From assembly GCA_051362555.1 (NCBI GenBank), contig CM120640.1, forward strand, positions 19,096,001 to 19,160,000: 64,000 nucleotides of DNA. The letters run 5' to 3'. The translations under genes were made by a program, and so were the position numbers. The notes under the pieces were generated by a model, which worked only from the letters and a program-made list of their open reading frames with translations, was not told where the DNA came from and did no database searches. Numbering within the stretch: position 1 is the stretch's first letter; each line of letters opens with the position of its first letter. The stretch comes from Lingula anatina (taxonomy: Eukaryota; Animalia; Brachiopoda). Below, one piece after another: positions 24,081 through 37,200 of the stretch.

Positions 24081-26063
24081 AGAGACAGCATCACATATGT
24101 AGGCCATAATGATGATCTCAGTACACATTAGAGTGCAATTTCGGGGACCATGATATTGCTAGTGCAAAAATGAAGATGCCTTTTTTTGATGCAGAGTGTA
24201 GAACAGGTCACTGGCAGGGGTTGAAATATCAAGACCTCTGTGGTCTGGGATATTTAATAAGACTCACTTTTATTAGTATTTGATTGTATGTTTTGCTAGA
24301 GGTGCTATGCACAATGCACTTGACTGAGCTATTGCTTTTACTTTGGCTTGTGCAATAATTTGTAGTAGTAAAATTGGTAATAACAGAATGGAAAGTAGGC
24401 AGATGGACAGTATTTTGTCATTTGACTGTTCTATAATTTTTAGAGGCCCATGGTCCATTTCTTGCATGTAGATTTAAAGAAAGCTAGCATAGGGATGGCT
24501 GTGTTAAATATAGGTGACCATGAGAAATATGTATAGTTGAAAGTGTAATTTGAGTTGATCAGCATCTTATTGATGGAAAATATGCTAAGGTGCTATGCAG
24601 ACCATGGCATTGCATTAGGTGTGATCTTGAACACAATTGTGAAGTATTGGTTTGTAATGAAGGATCTTTCACTGGCACTATTTAAATGAAATGTTATCAT
24701 GTTCAGGATTAAGCTCACCAATATGAGATTCTTGTGAAACTGTCTCTTGTCTGAAGAAGAGTGTGGCAGTGTGTGTAATACCTGCAATGAATAGATGATA
24801 GTATATGATGTGAAAGCATGTTTTGTGATGTGTGAACAATTATCAATGCAAGAGGGGCTTTTGCTATTTTATAGGTGCCCCCAATTACTAATTGCAGTAT
24901 GCAATATTACTTGACATAAATTAAATAGTAGTGATGTTTTTAATAGAATCAATTTTAAATTTAATTTGGCATAGAGGAATTGCAGCTTGTTGAGTAGTCT
25001 CAATATTAAGTATTCTGACTATGCAAGGAAAGAGAGAAAAATTCAAACTGACTGGAACAGATCATAGGAACAGGCTAATGAAACCCAAAGTAAATGTATA
25101 AACATTGTGATAGATGGTGAAATTTAAGCAGGACATTTTATAGAAACTTTGCACCAAAAGGTAAAATAGGGGACAGAATTTTAAAGAAGTATCAGTCTTC
25201 TTGAAAGTTTATTTTGTATGGAATGCACAAGCAAATTTGGAATAACTGTTCTTCGTTTTGTGATTGACACTACCAAATTTTACTTCCATTGTTAATACAC
25301 ATAAGCAATTACATAAATTTTGAGACAATCTATTTTGACTAAATAAGGAAATGTTTTTACTGGCAAGTGTAGAAGCACATATTTCTTGAATGGTTTTGAT
25401 CTGTAAGTTGCTGGCTTCAGTTAGATTATCAGTTTTTCCATGATTTTTGGTAACTCTTCATCTGTATGTTGTAATCCATTGTCATTTAGCATTTGTATCT
25501 GTAATTTTAGTTTCATTATTAGCTAGTACAGCCTAGGTGAAATATGTCCCTTCCAGACAAATTTAAACAAAATGGTCAGGTCATAGGTGTAAAAATTCAA
25601 ACTTAATCTTCCAGGGGACCATAAAAAGTAGTTCTACTAAGTTTACTTTGCCAATTGTAATTTCTAAACAGATTTTTTTTTCAAATATCAGTTGTGTAAT
25701 ACATTGTCATTGTGTTATATATATATATTGTCATTGTCACAATATTAGGTCACAAAGTCATTGGACTAGTCTCACTATTGTACATATTGTCTCCTTTCAT
25801 TTATACCCCTTTTCTGTTTTTGTTTTATATAAAACGAGTACCCCAGTCATTTGCAATTGACATTGAATATATATATTGATGAATATTTGTTGATAACTAT
25901 TTGAAGAATTTGTAACATACTTTGATGAAACGAAAAATACAACCTCAATACTTCCTTTAATTATTGGTGTTATTATTTTTTAAAGAAAATATTAACAAGT
26001 GAATGCACAAATTTACTAACCAAAAGAAATGAAATGAGGGTCAGATGCTTATGTGAAAACTAC

Positions 26064-26607
26064 CAGGCCTACCCAACTACCAGACTCGGCACCTAAGGAT
26101 CCTGAATTAACCGGTATATCCACGCTACCCGTTTTCAAGGTGTGTGTCAGATCGCATTTCGGAGTATCATACCCCAGAACAAATTTTGTAGCACGGCTGC
26201 GGGTTCATCCACGCTCGGCTGAACAACCTGAAACTGTACTCTTACTTTAGAGTACTATATTTTGTCTCTATGGGGGTATATGGGGACTTTACGACATTCG
26301 GTTTGAATGTTTTAACCACTTTTGATAGGGCTTTTTTGCATTGTATTAGATATATGTGGCAGTCTAAGGTTCATTTAGGTGGCTTTCAAATTTATGCGCC
26401 CGGTTTTAAAATCATATAGCGATTTTACGACAATCGTTTACTATCCAATCAAAGTGACAGAAGAGCATGCCAGGGCTCATCCTGTCGGTGTTCTGACTGA
26501 TACTCCGAAATGCGATCTGACACACACCTTGAAAACGGGTAGTGTGGTCCGATATACCGGTTAATTCAGGATCCTTAGGTGCCGAGTCTGGTAGTTGGGT
26601 AGGCCTG
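26064..26607. mobile_element. MITE, 544 bp, ~106-bp near-perfect TIRs, CAG termini, 5-bp TSD
   Basis: 26064-26169 (CAGGCCTACCCAACTACCAGACTCGGCACCTAAGGATCC...) is the reverse complement of 26498-26607 apart from a small indel region. ACTAC flanks both ends. Confidence 0.92.
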
Positions 26608-28447
26608 ACTACGCTGGTCTATTAAATATGAAATTGAAATATAAAGCCTTAACTGGAAACTTTTGGCATTCCTGAAGAGCTACCAGGAAATGAGTTAACT
26701 GCATGTTTCAAAGTTGTCAGTTTATGCCTAGTAGGGAATCGTGTTCAGTGACGACAAAGAATGCCAAGTAGCTCTTAAGTAGATCCTTTTGATTGCGTTC
26801 AAACCTTTTTATTTTCATAAATGAAAATTAAACCGAGGAGAAGCTGGAATACGCGATGGCCCCTAGAAGATGTATATAATTTACCATACGCGATGGCGCT
26901 CTTTTGCTAATGTGAGAGCGTTGAAATTAGACGAGTGCGAAGGTTAGGTTTATTGATTTTTTGTCTGAAGTTGCTGTGCGCATCCCGCATTTACATTGAC
27001 CTGAATACAGCTTATACCTGATTTCTAGGAGTCAGGAGCCGCCATATTGTTTTCTAGGAATTAAACAGCCAGACTGATTCTGATATCTAATAGATATCAC
27101 CAATTTCGGTCAATTTGTCGCATTCTAGACCATGAATTCGAAATAGCGGATTTCCATGGAAGCATTGTGAGTATTTATTTGACTGGTGTAGTGATCTATT
27201 AGAGGTTTGGGATGTTTTACATGCTGCCATCGGCATCATTCTCGGCGTATTTCGGCTTCACCTGTATATATGCTTATATATATTGCTTAAGTTATGTTGT
27301 TGAAATGCCTTAGGTCAAAGTGTTTTGGTAGGCCCTACAAAATATACAAATGATTTCTTCAGCAATGTTGAATTTTGTAATACTAAAATGCCATTGCTGG
27401 TTAAAATGAATTGGCACATAACGTGAGATATTGCTCATTTTATAACATGTCTACAACTGCAGTTTTAAGACTGGGATTTTTTCGCTAGAGCCTATGTAGG
27501 CCTACCGTGAGTATGAAGACGAATTAGGCCTACCTGTGTTAAATAAGCGAGTTTTATTATTCATTGGACTTCTGGGGCTGAAATGTCATGTTATGAATAA
27601 GTAATAGGGTTAGTTGTGAAAAAATCCACCTCGAAAAACGAGAAAATCCTGAACAACGCAGTGAGTCTTTTAATAGAAAAAAGCAAGCACAGAGTTTATC
27701 TATTATAATTAGGCGTTTATATCCGCATAAAATCTGGTGGATCTAAATCTTTTACCATAGCCATTTCGGCCCACATTTAGAGCTTTGATTACGATTACAT
27801 TGATTGTCTGCGGATTTTTTACGGCTTTGGAAATAAAGCATGGACAGCAGCACATTGCTTTATTTACTTTAATTTGCCTCTATTGCACGTTTTCAGAATA
27901 ATAGAATAATAAGCCACAGAAACGTATTGACCATACGCCATATACTTAGCCCTCTGACCAATGTTGTTTTTAATACTTTGTTTGAAAACACGATTAACCA
28001 CTCTTGTCAAAAATCAATACAGATACAGTTTGAAACTTATTAACTCCAGTGGGTACCGTACACTATGGAGATGACTTAATCAAAGCGTGGGATCGGTTTC
28101 TCGAGTAGGAGCCACTGGGGAGAGAAATCGGTCGATTGAGAATAAAGATTTCATAACTGGGACTAGATAGAAATCTCTTGGGTACATCGTTATTTGATCT
28201 AATTACTTGTTATCAGTTTCAGATATGGGTGGGGGCGAATTGCCACATTTGGCTGTTAAACGATTTTTGTAAAGTTTTGAGTTAGTTTTGGTAATCTTGA
28301 ACGTACCGATACCCATTTTATGTTGCAATTTTTATTTGTAAGTTTATTTGTAATTTTTTTTTAATTCTTTGTTGTTTAATGCATCAAACAGTGGCAGTTA
28401 TAGAAAAGTGCATTTCTTCATTTCAGATATGACTACATAATGTGAAA

Positions 28448-29641
28448 ATGGGACGTTCACTAGTAATGGGCGTCGCTATTACGCTATGTTATATGTTTTT
28501 TCTCGTCGGTAAAGGTAGGGGAATTCACTTTTCAGATACAAAAAAAGTATTTTCCATTAAATGAGTTGTTTTGTAAGATTATATTTTCACCTTTCGAAAT
28601 GTTTGAAAGAAAAGCGAATGCAATAATTACATGTGAGTTATATTTTTAATGTAAACAAACAATAATCATAAAAAACGCGTATTTTTGTTTTACAGTGTCT
28701 ACAATTGGTTGTTACGTGTGTACATCGATAAATCACAGTGAGCCTGCCTGTGAGGATAAATTTGAACCTTTAAATGGAAGTTATTATGTGCCAGATTGTA
28801 TGGGGTCCAGAAAAGACCAAGACGGACTTTTCCCGGCAACGTCCTGTATTAAACTCATCGGCGTGGATGGTTCGTATTAAACGATTTAAGGGGTAGTTAA
28901 AGGATTTTGTAAAAGAAAAACCATTACTTCCAAGAATATTCTGAGGCCTTCAACGTTTTCCCAACTATAACCAAACTTCCATAACCATTACCTTGTTGAC
29001 TCCTGTCAAATACCCTCTGGATATCACTTCTCATATAATTTTTTTTACGTAACATGCCTTTTAACCAATGAATCAAACTGACACGAGCAAATAAAGCGGC
29101 CAATTTGCAAAATCACGTTTGTGCACGTTATAAGTGAATAGCATATGTTGTGGAAGGATGGGGGCTGTATCAAAATCGAGATGAATTGATTTGATGGGTT
29201 TTTTCCACCAACACTTTACACTCATTATCAATAAAAAAAACATACAAAAGGTCTTTCTTAAAGATGTTCAGAATAAGTAAGCGTTTAAACTACATACATC
29301 AATCTCAAATACTCAAGACGCATGCTTTTCGCACCATCATTTTATTTTTCAAATATCCATTCATTTATTCATTTCTCATTACAGAGCCTAATAACTACAC
29401 CGTGACGGTCCGCACTTGCGTAACAAACAGTGGGGGCACTACCTCGGAGACGGAGATCGACGTCGTAAGCCACTGTGGCTGGATACGGCGCATTTCTCTG
29501 GACGGTACCGAGATGGACGGCTGTGTCGTGTCCTGCAATACAGACGGGTGTAACTCGGGGGGAAGATTGTTTCCCTACGTGTCCCTCACTGCTGTGATAG
29601 GAATCATCGCATACAAACTGCTAAATCGAGATGTTGCTTAA
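28448..29641 (+). CDS. Ly6/uPAR three-finger protein, quiver/sleepless-like family, predicted secreted and GPI-anchored (165 aa)
   Basis: Exons 28448-28514, 28696-28869 and 29385-29641 (phases 1, 1). Hydrophobic signal peptide MGRSLVMGVAITLCYMFFLVGKV, then IGCYVCTS...ACED, 10 Cys in total, terminal CNTDGCN, and a small-residue omega region followed by a hydrophobic tail. A likely non-coding first exon ends at 27166 (donor GTGAGT). Confidence 0.88.
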
Positions 29642-30315
29642 GACATTAACTCAATGTAAAAATGTATTGGTTAGAGCGATGTGTTGGATGAGATTGCTGT
29701 GTATTTGAATTACATTGTTTCGTTGGAACTAGAACCACAAAAATGGTTGTACAACAGCACAAATAAATTTTGCATAATCTCGAGTTTAGAAGGCACAGGT
29801 CTCACATAGGTAAAATAACTTTCGATTTAATATTCGATGTAATTACATTTTAACAATTTAAAGCCTATTATGGCTATCTTGTACATACAGTATATTGTTA
29901 TTTAAGAGATTGTGCTTGTGATTCGTAGTCGAACAGAACGTTTTTATGCATGTACTTAACATTTTCATCTCATGTTAGGTGTTCAATTTTCAGACTTTTA
30001 TCATGTATTTATATAATGTTTTAATGATATGAATTAGTGCACGCTCATCCTAAAGGAAGTTTTGGTAAAAAGTGGCGGTATGTATGCCATATTCGTTCAA
30101 AACAAATGGCCCTAAACATACTGAAAACAAGGTAACAAAAACTTAGGAGCCAATAATCATTACTGGACCCTAAACTAAAACATATTTCATTTGAACTATT
30201 ACGAGATAGAACTATTTGAAGCACGGGTTAAACATGTATTCCTGTCGTTAAAATAAACCTAATACATCCTTCTGGCGTTCGATGCCTTTTATAATTAATA
30301 TTACAAAAAACTAGT

Positions 30316-30722
30316 AGATCTACGTAAAATTTTGATTTTTTCAGGTGATCTTTGGCATTTATTCATTTGTGATAAAATCACCTCAGGGCGCAGCAAAAAA
30401 GTGAAATTACCTGGCCACAGCATGACCTTCAGCCTAGTGACAAGTCATTAGGTTGGCGTAACACAGTCCCCACGTTGACATCAGATGGCCATACGAACAT
30501 GGGGTTTTGAAATTCGCGCGAAGATGGTCCCAGCAGAAGCATTGGGAGCATAGATATGCTTCCATGGCTGAGGCAAGAACGATATGTACAGAAGGTGACA
30601 CGATAGCACCCGAACCGCACTCGGAGGTACGAAGACATAATTTTGTATAGAAGTTAACACACGCTGAACACACGAAAACCACAGGCAATACTTGTTTCAG
30701 TTTTCGGACTTTACGTGATCAG
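30316..30722. mobile_element. Possible degenerate TIR element
   Basis: CpG-rich insert bounded by GATCTACGTAAA... and ...TTTACGTGATC. No clear TSD. Confidence 0.3.
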
Positions 30723-31204
30723 ATAGGTACTCACTGTGTGTGTGTGTGGGGAGGGGGGGGGGGAGTTCTCGTACATTTGGGATTTACTCCAAAATGACGT
30801 TAAAAAAGTAAATTGGATCGACAACATGATGTTGGAATTACACATAGGGTTGGCTTGTGCTGGCTATTTGTACTTTTCATACAATTTGTTTTACACTGCA
30901 TCAAAAGTCTTAAATCAAAAAGAAAACATCTTTCACTCTCTCTGAATTATTTTATATCACAAAATTGCATGTACATATTCTTCTGTCATAAAAATAGTGC
31001 GTTTAATACGTGACTAAATCAGTTATATGAATGGAGAGTTACACACTTGTGTATTCCATAAAATACTGTACTAGTAGTGTACAATTTTATATTTACAATG
31101 CATCCAAAAAGAACTAATTTAAAGAAAATGCCTTTTTCAAAAAAAGTCCCTTCTAATTTTTCCCAACCTCTGGCTCTTTGTAGTTGTTTATCCAGTAATC
31201 TTCA

Positions 31205-34200
31205 TCATCTGTAGAATTGTGTGTCATCCATTTCTGCATCTTCTGCTTCTCTTCTCTTCCTTGTAGCCTTGCGTCTGAAAATAACCGAAAAAATTCTTAA
31301 GTCTTATTACCATCTCTGTAAGTCTTCACTATTGATTTTAAACAAATAAAAACATGAGTTATTTCATAGGGGTTTTTTTTGTAACATATACTAGTACATA
31401 CTCTTTTATAAATATTAGCTTTTTATGTCCAAGAGCTGTTTTCCTTTGTTGGCCTTTAAAAATTATAGTCAAATATTAACGTCTAAAACTTTCTAAAAAT
31501 GGAATCCACCAACAAAGTACTCAATGACACATCTATCTAATTTCAATGATGCAATAATCTGTCACCAATAATTTAAAAGTACTGTAAGTTTCAAGAGTCT
31601 ACCTGGCTACACTGACAGCAATCTTCCTGATATCAGAGTAAGTTGTTATCTGGTTCTCTGCAGCCTTCTCTGCCTCAGATTGTACCTTGGTGGCTGGAAC
31701 ATAAAAAGTAAATATAATCATCCTTTTAAAAATCAAAATGAAAGTATAATTTCTTATGGTCTGAATGCATTAAAATGTGCCATTATGAAGGAGAAATAAA
31801 AACAATTAGAACTGATGAAACATGTAACTTACGTGCTCTGTCTCCCTTTGTCCTAATTTTTGCCTTTTTCACTTTATCAGCTACGGTTTGTCTGATGATT
31901 TGTGCTATCTGCAGCAATGCCAGATAGCTGGAAATTTCTGGATAACGTTAAGGGATATTTATATAACAACCTTGGTATCATGTATACATACATTTTGTAC
32001 CACTAAAAGGCACAGGCTTGTTAAATCAAACTTGAAGCTGTATTGCTGTACCTAAGCACATGTAATATATATTTCTACACTTCTAATGGTTGTCGCCCTC
32101 CCCCCCTGCTCAATCATAACCTGTAGTCATATATGTTTGTTGTGTTCTGATATTAAAAGTATTCTACTTTTTTTGTACATTGGAGACAGAACTTATCCTA
32201 TATATTTTTGACATAAATGTGTTTTCTAAAATTATCAAAAGGATACGGGCCAGTCTCATGACAGGCACAACATCATGCATGTCATCCATCTGAACGTGTG
32301 CCTCTGCCTCCCAAAACAGACGCTTTCGTAACTTCTCACTGTGGAGGGGAACCAAATTCTCCACTGCCTCATTAAACTCATGTTCTGTCATCTGACCATG
32401 TTCTCTGGCAGGGAAAGCAAGCAACCGATTTTCCATCTGAAAAAAACATGAAATGAATATAATTTTGTAGTGTAGAATTGCTTCTGTAACTTATTTTTGT
32501 TGCAAATGTATCCTGTGTAGATTGTGTTCTATCTATACAACTATTCCTGTTATCATTGATAAATCATTTATAAAAATCAGTTTTGAAATTGTGATAAAAC
32601 ATGGTTGACAACTGTTATCATTTATAAATTTGTTATGCATTTTAAGATTTAAATTTCCCTTTGGTTTGTGTTATCATATTGTAAATAACATGGCAAATAA
32701 CAGATCAACATGGTACTATGAACTTGAAATGTGGGCAACCCATATTGTATTTTCATTGTCTTAATTATATTGAATAAAGCATCTTCTCTTAGATTTTAGA
32801 TGTAATTATATTATAAATAACATGATGAATAGCAGGTCAACATATTTTTATGGACTTATAATGCAACCCATACTGTATTTTCCTTGTCTTAATTTCATTA
32901 AATAAAACATCTTTCTAGCAATGCTACCCTTTCAATACATACATCTTGGAACCTTGGTTCCCTGTACTTGAGAATAATGTACATCAGGAAATCCAGCACT
33001 CGTTTCTTGGAAATCTTGTTCTCACTGAATGATGTGTAGCCCATGTGGAGAGTCTCCAGGTCGTCTTCCTTTGAACCAAAAAACAAGACAAGGAGTAGCA
33101 ATACATTACCTGGATATATCACTCTTCATGAAAAAAATTAGACTTATGCTTGTATTTAGATGAGTAAATAAGAGTAAATCTGGTTGTTGATCATTACCAC
33201 CATTAGTTCCAGAGATTATTAATCTCTATAACAAACATGCCTCAGCAGTTTCAAGTACTTAGGTTAACTCAAATTGACTTTACTCCTTATATTCAGATTT
33301 AATCATTATTGTACTCTAGCCATTAAAATTAATTGTATCACTGAAGCTAGGGAGGTGCCACATTGGTTGGCTGTTCAATTTTTTGAGGATTCTGAACTAT
33401 AAAAAATTGATTATTATGTATCTTTTTAAAGGACCTTATGGCAAAAACAACAATATCAAAGTGAAAGGCTTTAACTATTTCAGTATTTTAATACTGAAAT
33501 GGCACAGCAGTGGTTATTACATGTATTCACCTGTAAGAAAGGAAACACAATGGATGCAAATGCCCTGAAATCTTCCACCTCTTCCCAATCCACCAAGCTG
33601 ACAAAATCTGCTATCAGTAGAACATAGCGGATGCAGGAGGCATCTAGGTTACCAATCAATGTGTGGCCAAATATTTGAATGGTCTGAAATTACAATAAGC
33701 AGGAAAAAATGTTACGATATGTTAAAAAAACATTATCCATATTATTCTCACCATCTTCACGTAAAAAAGTTCTGTGGAATTGTGCACCAGTGAGTTTAAA
33801 ATGTATAGAAAGGTAATTAAATGACCCCCCTCTCCCAAAAGAAAAAGAGAGAGACATACATATAGAATCACAGTCCAAATATGGTTCAAAACAAAAAGCA
33901 CAAATCACTTACTTTTCCAACAAATCAAACATTATCACAAAAGTATTAATGAGTCAGGATTAGGTATTTTATCAAGTATGTGATATCTCTTTTAAAAAAA
34001 ACTACAGCATACCTTGTCACTGTTCAGGTTATCTACTATGGCAGACAGCAAATCATGGGTTGTTAAGTATGTAATGTCTTCTTTCATGTACCTCTCTGAC
34101 ATGAAGTAGTATAAATTGTCCTGTAATACAGAGCAGTGACACATTGTTACAGGCTAAAAAAAATATATTTTTTTTTTATTTTAAAAATGGTTATTTTTTA

Positions 34201-37200
34201 ACAACAGCATATTAATTAAATATTAATTATTTTCATGTGTGTATGTGTGTGCGTATTTAGTAATTTCGATTAAAGAAATTTATAAGATAAACTGTAGACA
34301 AATATAAGCTGTTTCTCCCTTTGTTTCTTTACCAGTATAGAGAAGTATCCTTCTTCCTCAGACCCAGCCTCATCTTGCCACAGAACAAATGAATAGAACT
34401 GCTGAATAAGAGACACAGCATGGTCCTGCAAATGGCCAAGATAAAATGTATATTATCATATTCCAAAGAATTGAAAGTGTATTACATAATTTTAAAAATT
34501 GTTGTCTATCAAGAAGAACATATGCCAAATTTACAGATTCTGTCAACATAAATCCTTTCTTTCGAGTGATAATCTGCTGTTGATTACATGATATACAATA
34601 AAACTATGTATCTTGAGGGAAATCATATTATTATATCTGTGTGTGTTCAGTTCGACTTACTAAAGCCATTGGCAAAGGAATGATGCGCTCTATTTGCGTT
34701 CTGTCCTTATAATCATCCCATAATTTGGAGATAGTATTAGTCTGAAAAAATCCATATCAAACATGTATACAAACAATAACATAAACATATATATATACAT
34801 TATACGAGTACAAAAAATTCTGTTCATAAATTTACAGCGTCTCTGATTGATTAGTTTGTGATTGAAGGTTTGTACAAAAAATGTAAAATGTGTGTAATTT
34901 GTGACATCTTGATTTATATGAAACTAGATTAAAAGGACAAAACATATAAAGAGGAGTCTGGACATTCTGAAATGAATTCTAACAAACAAAATGCAGATTT
35001 GAATGGAATACATAAACCACACAGTCAAAACAAGCAAAGAATAATGGCAAAATAAAATGTTCTATACAGCTTTTAAAAAGCACCTTTCTTACCCATGTGT
35101 CCCATTAAATAAATAATGAAATCAATGCCAAAATAAGTAAAAGTAAATATTATGGTTTAAATTTATATAAAAGCTTAATAATAATACATATAAGGGTTAA
35201 ATCATCCATAGCTCTTCCAGTAGAAGCTATTTAGGGTTGTTTGTTGTACGGTGTGTATACATGTAGGAACAATGTTATCTGTGTTTCCACATATCTTACC
35301 CTACTAGCATTTGGCTTTTATTTTTGTTATTACCGTATATACAAGTTAATATGTATAAATATCTGCTATGACTGTTTACATAAAAAAAAAGAAAATAGAA
35401 AGCATAGGTAGAGTGCAAGTTCACCATAAGACCAGGAATAAGCAGAGTACTCTTCTTGAGCATAGTACCAATATGTAAACATATAAAGCAAAACCAGCAT
35501 GTAAGTTTCAATTAAGATAAAAACATTTTGAAACAAATCCTTAAATAATTGCATTTATGACAGGAAACTAAGTTAGACCCATCTAGATGTTAGAAGAAAT
35601 TGAAATACATGCAGCCAGTTTTACCATAAATGGTTCAGTTCCCGTTCCTGCAGATTTTGGCTGAATAAAATGTACAAGTAATATACTATTATAATCAGAA
35701 CAAAAAATGAAATAGCCTCCTTAGTATATCACCAAGTATAATAATTTTTGCAGTGTCTGAAATATAATATAGCAATGTATAGCATTTTCAATATACAATT
35801 AAGTCAAAAATAAAAGTCAGGAAAGATTGCCTAAGCAATATGTAATATTTTGCTGCCTTTGAAAAGGTGCTTACTACCTACATGTATAACTAAACATAAG
35901 GAATGTTTGGGATTGAAAAGAACCTTCCTTTCTGCTAGAAAAGATCTCCTCTATGCAATTTGAGTCAACAACGGGTATCAAAAGGTCCATCTTTCATAAA
36001 AGACCACCCCACTGAAATTGCTGTCTAATATCATACAACAATTTGCTGTAAATGAACCCACCATGTGTGCCTCAGATCCGGGGGTGGGAGTTCTTGTAGT
36101 GGACAGGGAAGCCAGCAGTTCGTTTCTCCTCCCAGCCTCTATCTTTCCCATCATAGAAGCCATGGCTCTAAACCTGGTCATCTTGGGACTGGCACTACCT
36201 TCCCTGCTATCTGCTGGTGACTGGGAGGCACCTATACTTGCAGGAGTTCCTATAAAATCTTCTTGGCGGTTGAGGATTTCTCTGAAATGCACAATCACGA
36301 AAAGATTCAGCAAAGAAAATAAAATCTTTTCAATCTTTTTTCCATGGGGAAAACTGTGAATTTACAGACACGGTATTTTTTTTTTAAATCATCATTTCTA
36401 AAAGAAGAAACTAAGCCTATGTTTGACAGGCCCGAATCTGGAGGGTCGGGGGGGGGGGGGGGGGGCAGAACAAACTGCCTTTTTGCCACAAAAAGGTCTG
36501 CTCTGGGTAAAATTGATCTAAATACACAAAGGTTTCAGGGTAAAAGGTCCACTTTTTCAGAAAAAGAACCCTTTTGAAATTGCAAGCTACAGGCCTGTTT
36601 GAAGTATCTTTAATGGATCCCCATGGGTAAAAAGTCAAGGAACATGAAATATCTAATATACGTATTTGACGCACTCTATTAATTCCTGATTAATCCTGAC
36701 TTTTGGTCTTGTGATCTTGATGTGAGTGCAGTTATGTGGAAGTTTCAGGACTACTTCATCTGTGGGTATCTTGTGTGGACAGAATATGGTCTGAAAGAGA
36801 AATAAGGAAAATACTTGTGTATATTGCAATGACTTCCAGCATCACTTAGGACATTTGTTCTTTAAGTCAAATACTGCATTTTTCAGTAAATGAGTGAATT
36901 CAATTATTGAAAGTTACAAACAAAACCCACAACAGAATAGACAATTTTAATAATTTTAATAATTTCTAATTTATCACAAAAAATAATGACATTCTGGAAT
37001 AAACTACAGTAATGCCTCAACCTTTTCAATGCAAAAAATTGTGAATTTTACAGATAATGAATTTTCATAAATTTTTTAATCTACAAAATCTCTTCAAGTG
37101 GAAGCAATAAAACTGAAAAGCAGGCTTATAGTTCTATTATAAACAGAAATTAAGACCAAAATGTTACTCAAAAATATATTTTAATGACTCCAGAATTAAT

